A stretch of DNA of 64,000 nt from Lingula anatina (Eukaryota > Animalia > Brachiopoda): the NCBI GenBank assembly GCA_051362555.1, contig CM120643.1:9982001-10046000 (forward strand), in the 5' to 3' direction. The notes under the pieces are model-generated. The model worked only from the letters and a program-made list of their open reading frames with translations. It was not told the DNA's origin and searched no databases. A program made the translations under genes and the position numbers. Position 1 is the stretch's first letter; every line of letters starts with the position of its first letter. Positions 61,113 through 64,000 of the stretch are shown piece by piece.

Positions 61113-64000
61113 ATCTATACTTTTGGGTCGCGGTTGACACCTGTCCCTTTTATTTTCGAACCTAAAACGTTAGATTTGAATTTCACATTTAACAGAAATA
61201 ATGTCTGTATAAAAATGATAGAGTGATTGTTTTTTTTAAAAAATTATCACATATTTATTTTCAAGAAAAGAAATGTTTTCTATTTGTCACTATATATATG
61301 TGTGGGCAAATCTGCAACTTGAACTTGAAGATGTTCTCTTATTCATTTTAAATGATATTGACATCTGGGAAGGAAAGACAGTTCAAACCCATTACCTTAA
61401 ATTCATACTGGAAACTTTTAATAACATTTATCGTGTGTTCAGTCGAAAAAGAGAAAGAGATGTAAATGTACAAAAGACACTGTTAATAAAATGTATAAAG
61501 ATTAAAAAGTCCCAACATTGTGTTCACGGGCATAATGTGCCCACGTTACTGCAGATTTGACCACATGTAATATAACGATCATTTAACAATTATAAATATG
61601 ACACTGTGGCTGTGAATAAACTCCCTCTGGTTCTCGATGTTTTCAGTGCTGGGCGGGGATCAAATGTCTTTTTTCTAAAATAAAGTTAAACCATGGGGTG
61701 GGGTAAAGATTGCCATCCGAAATAAAGATTAATGTAAATTAATGAAATATTGAAATATACTGGAAATCGTTGTTGCGTTTATGAAAAGAAAATTGTTCCT
61801 GTAGTTGGCTTAAAAAAATTCCCAGCATTGTGAAAATTTATATGCCATTTAAGACAAAACAGAAGTGTCGAAAAACAAAAACGGGAAATGGACTTCATTT
61901 TAGATACCGTCTGTCCATTGAAATGCTTCTGTAGGACTGATATTAATCATTGCCTTTTGTATTCCATATTTTCAAAATCACTTGAGCTGTCGCAAAGCCC
62001 AATTTTCGGGAGGTAATGAGTATTAAGAAAAGATTCAATAATTTTTTATACCTTCAACTTCTATCAATTTTGCTCAAAAAGATGAGAACAATTAATGATT
62101 CTTAAACAAAATTTATAGATTTTTTTAAAATTAGACTATAGGATTTATTATTTTGTCTCTTACAAAGTCCATTCTAACAATTTGGTCAGTTATTTAAGAA
62201 TTTAAGGAATTATCATCTAAAAATGTTACTTCAAAGTATTTTGTTTCTCTAAATGGCAAATTCCATATTCTACCAAAGTGTATGTAAACCTGATACTTCG
62301 TTTGGTTTGAATTTTAGGTGAAAAACATGCCTAAAATGTGCGGAGGAACGTTCTAATTAAAGTTGTCCTGCATTCTTATACATTTTAATTTTTTCGGGAA
62401 CAAGGGGTGATTGAAAAAGACGGGCTTTGTTAGATATCAGTCCTGCATGCCCATGTTATATTATTTGTGTTTAGTGTTATCACTGAAAACCGAGAACCAG
62501 AGTTAAATTTAAGTGAATGTGAAAAGTAACTACAAGGACATTGACTTTTGCGTAACCTTTTCAGTTTTGTTTGTATATTATTATGAATTTGGCTAAGACT
62601 TGAATAATCTTGTAAACCGCCCATGTCTTTATGTCGCTCCTGATTCAAATGCTTTGCAAGTGTAAATTTTCATCCACAGTTACGCCTTGTATGATATTTA
62701 TTTTCGGATTTAGTGCAAAGAAAACATTAAAAAAACATCGATTGGCAAAACAATCAGGAATTTTACAAACGACGAAATTTTGGTATCTGTTCGATTTGGT
62801 GTGCAAACATCAGACAACATAGGACAAGGTGTGGTTACATGCGTGTGTGCGTTAGTGCACCAATAACATAAAAGATTATTTGCTTTTTTAAAATGGTTAC
62901 AATCTTTGGATTTGTTTTTGATGGAATTCGATGAAGACAAGGTACTAATGTCAACTTTGACAAAAAATTGGCAAGTACAATTCGTTATAAAAAAAACATT
63001 TTGGCTTTCATCAGTCCTTGCCAGTCTTTCAAATGTTATGATCTTGAACTTATTTTGATTTTCATAAATCAAAGGATTCCGTCTTTTAGTAACAATGTTA
63101 AAAATGCATAAAATCTTTGACTTCATTTTATTTACAGATATATAGTCTTTTTTGTTTGTTAAATTTCAATTCATAATAACTTAGAGCACAAAATGTTTAA
63201 TTTTTGGAAAAATTTTAATGCTGTAAATAATTCATTTTGACAATAATAAATGTACAAATGCTTTACTTCGTTCAAAACTTGCAAAAAGAATTTCTTTCAC
63301 CTCTAGCTCATCCCGATCCCTTCATCTCCTGCTTACTATTCTGCCGTCTTACCCACTGAGCCACTGCCCCGACTTGTTTTCTACACTATCGTAGGACCTT
63401 CTTGTCGCAATTTAAATCACTTATTTGGAATTTTTTTGCAAAAGGTAATTTGCTGGGACCTAGAAGCGCCAGGTTTCGAACCCAAGCTTGCTGTGTCCGA
63501 GTTGCGCGTGCTATCCACTCTCCTAAGTGTTCCCGCCCACCCACCCCTGGTAGACTTTCCTTTTATAGTAACTAAAGGGAATTTTGAAAAGTACCTCTGG
63601 AAAAGAATTACTATGTTCCAAGTACCCGAATCGAACCCCCACCCTTACAGTTCCGAGCCAATGAAAACGCTAAGTCATTTTGCATATAATTGTAAAGTAT
63701 TTTATTTCGAGCAAAATAAACTGCCACATATTTTCAAACATCCAGTTGTAAAAGTTTTAAAAATATTTTAATCACAATAAATTCAGAAATGTAAAACAAA
63801 AATATTGATATCTGCATTAAGACAAGTTTGAATTGATAAGTAAACTATCTAACGAACTACTTGGCTAATATTTGATCTCAGATAAAGAAAGAATCAGATT
63901 TTTAAATTTCATTTTAACAAAAACAACGGCAGATCTAGTAGCTGTCTCACTCCACACCACCGCAAGAAAAAAAAATCGAAAGAAACTCGCTCTGATATGA

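Noticed and set aside
62710-63126. 138-aa minus-strand ORF
   Set aside because: AT-rich composition, no motifs and no supporting splice structure

Overview
AT-rich, intron-rich animal genomic DNA. It is probably from a marine lophotrochozoan such as a mollusc, which is an inference from the gene and repeat content. The main feature is a complete 19-coding-exon gene on the + strand (24219-44957). Its GT-AG exons join in phase into 3996 nt / 1331 aa, encoding a Venus Kinase Receptor (VKR). The protein has a signal peptide, an extra ProX/OpuAC-like type II periplasmic-binding domain, a class C GPCR-like Venus flytrap, one TM helix, an insulin-receptor-like tyrosine kinase and a tail ending in -SQV. 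Intron 9 holds a Helentron-type non-autonomous element (HINE). A young antisense Mag-clade Ty3/Gypsy LTR retrotransposon sits inside it, with identical 117-bp LTRs, a 5-bp TSD and one frameshift in RT. The rest is non-coding: PIF/Harbinger-like MITEs, some in TTA-joined trains, several MITE families with 5-bp TSDs, a nested foldback element, a second HINE carrying a 15-unit satellite, a G-rich minisatellite and microsatellites. Downstream of VKR lies an inverted, diverged pair of promoter/first-exon-like blocks, each carrying a Sox-Oct-like motif. All coordinates were read by eye; repeat boundaries are approximate to a few bp.
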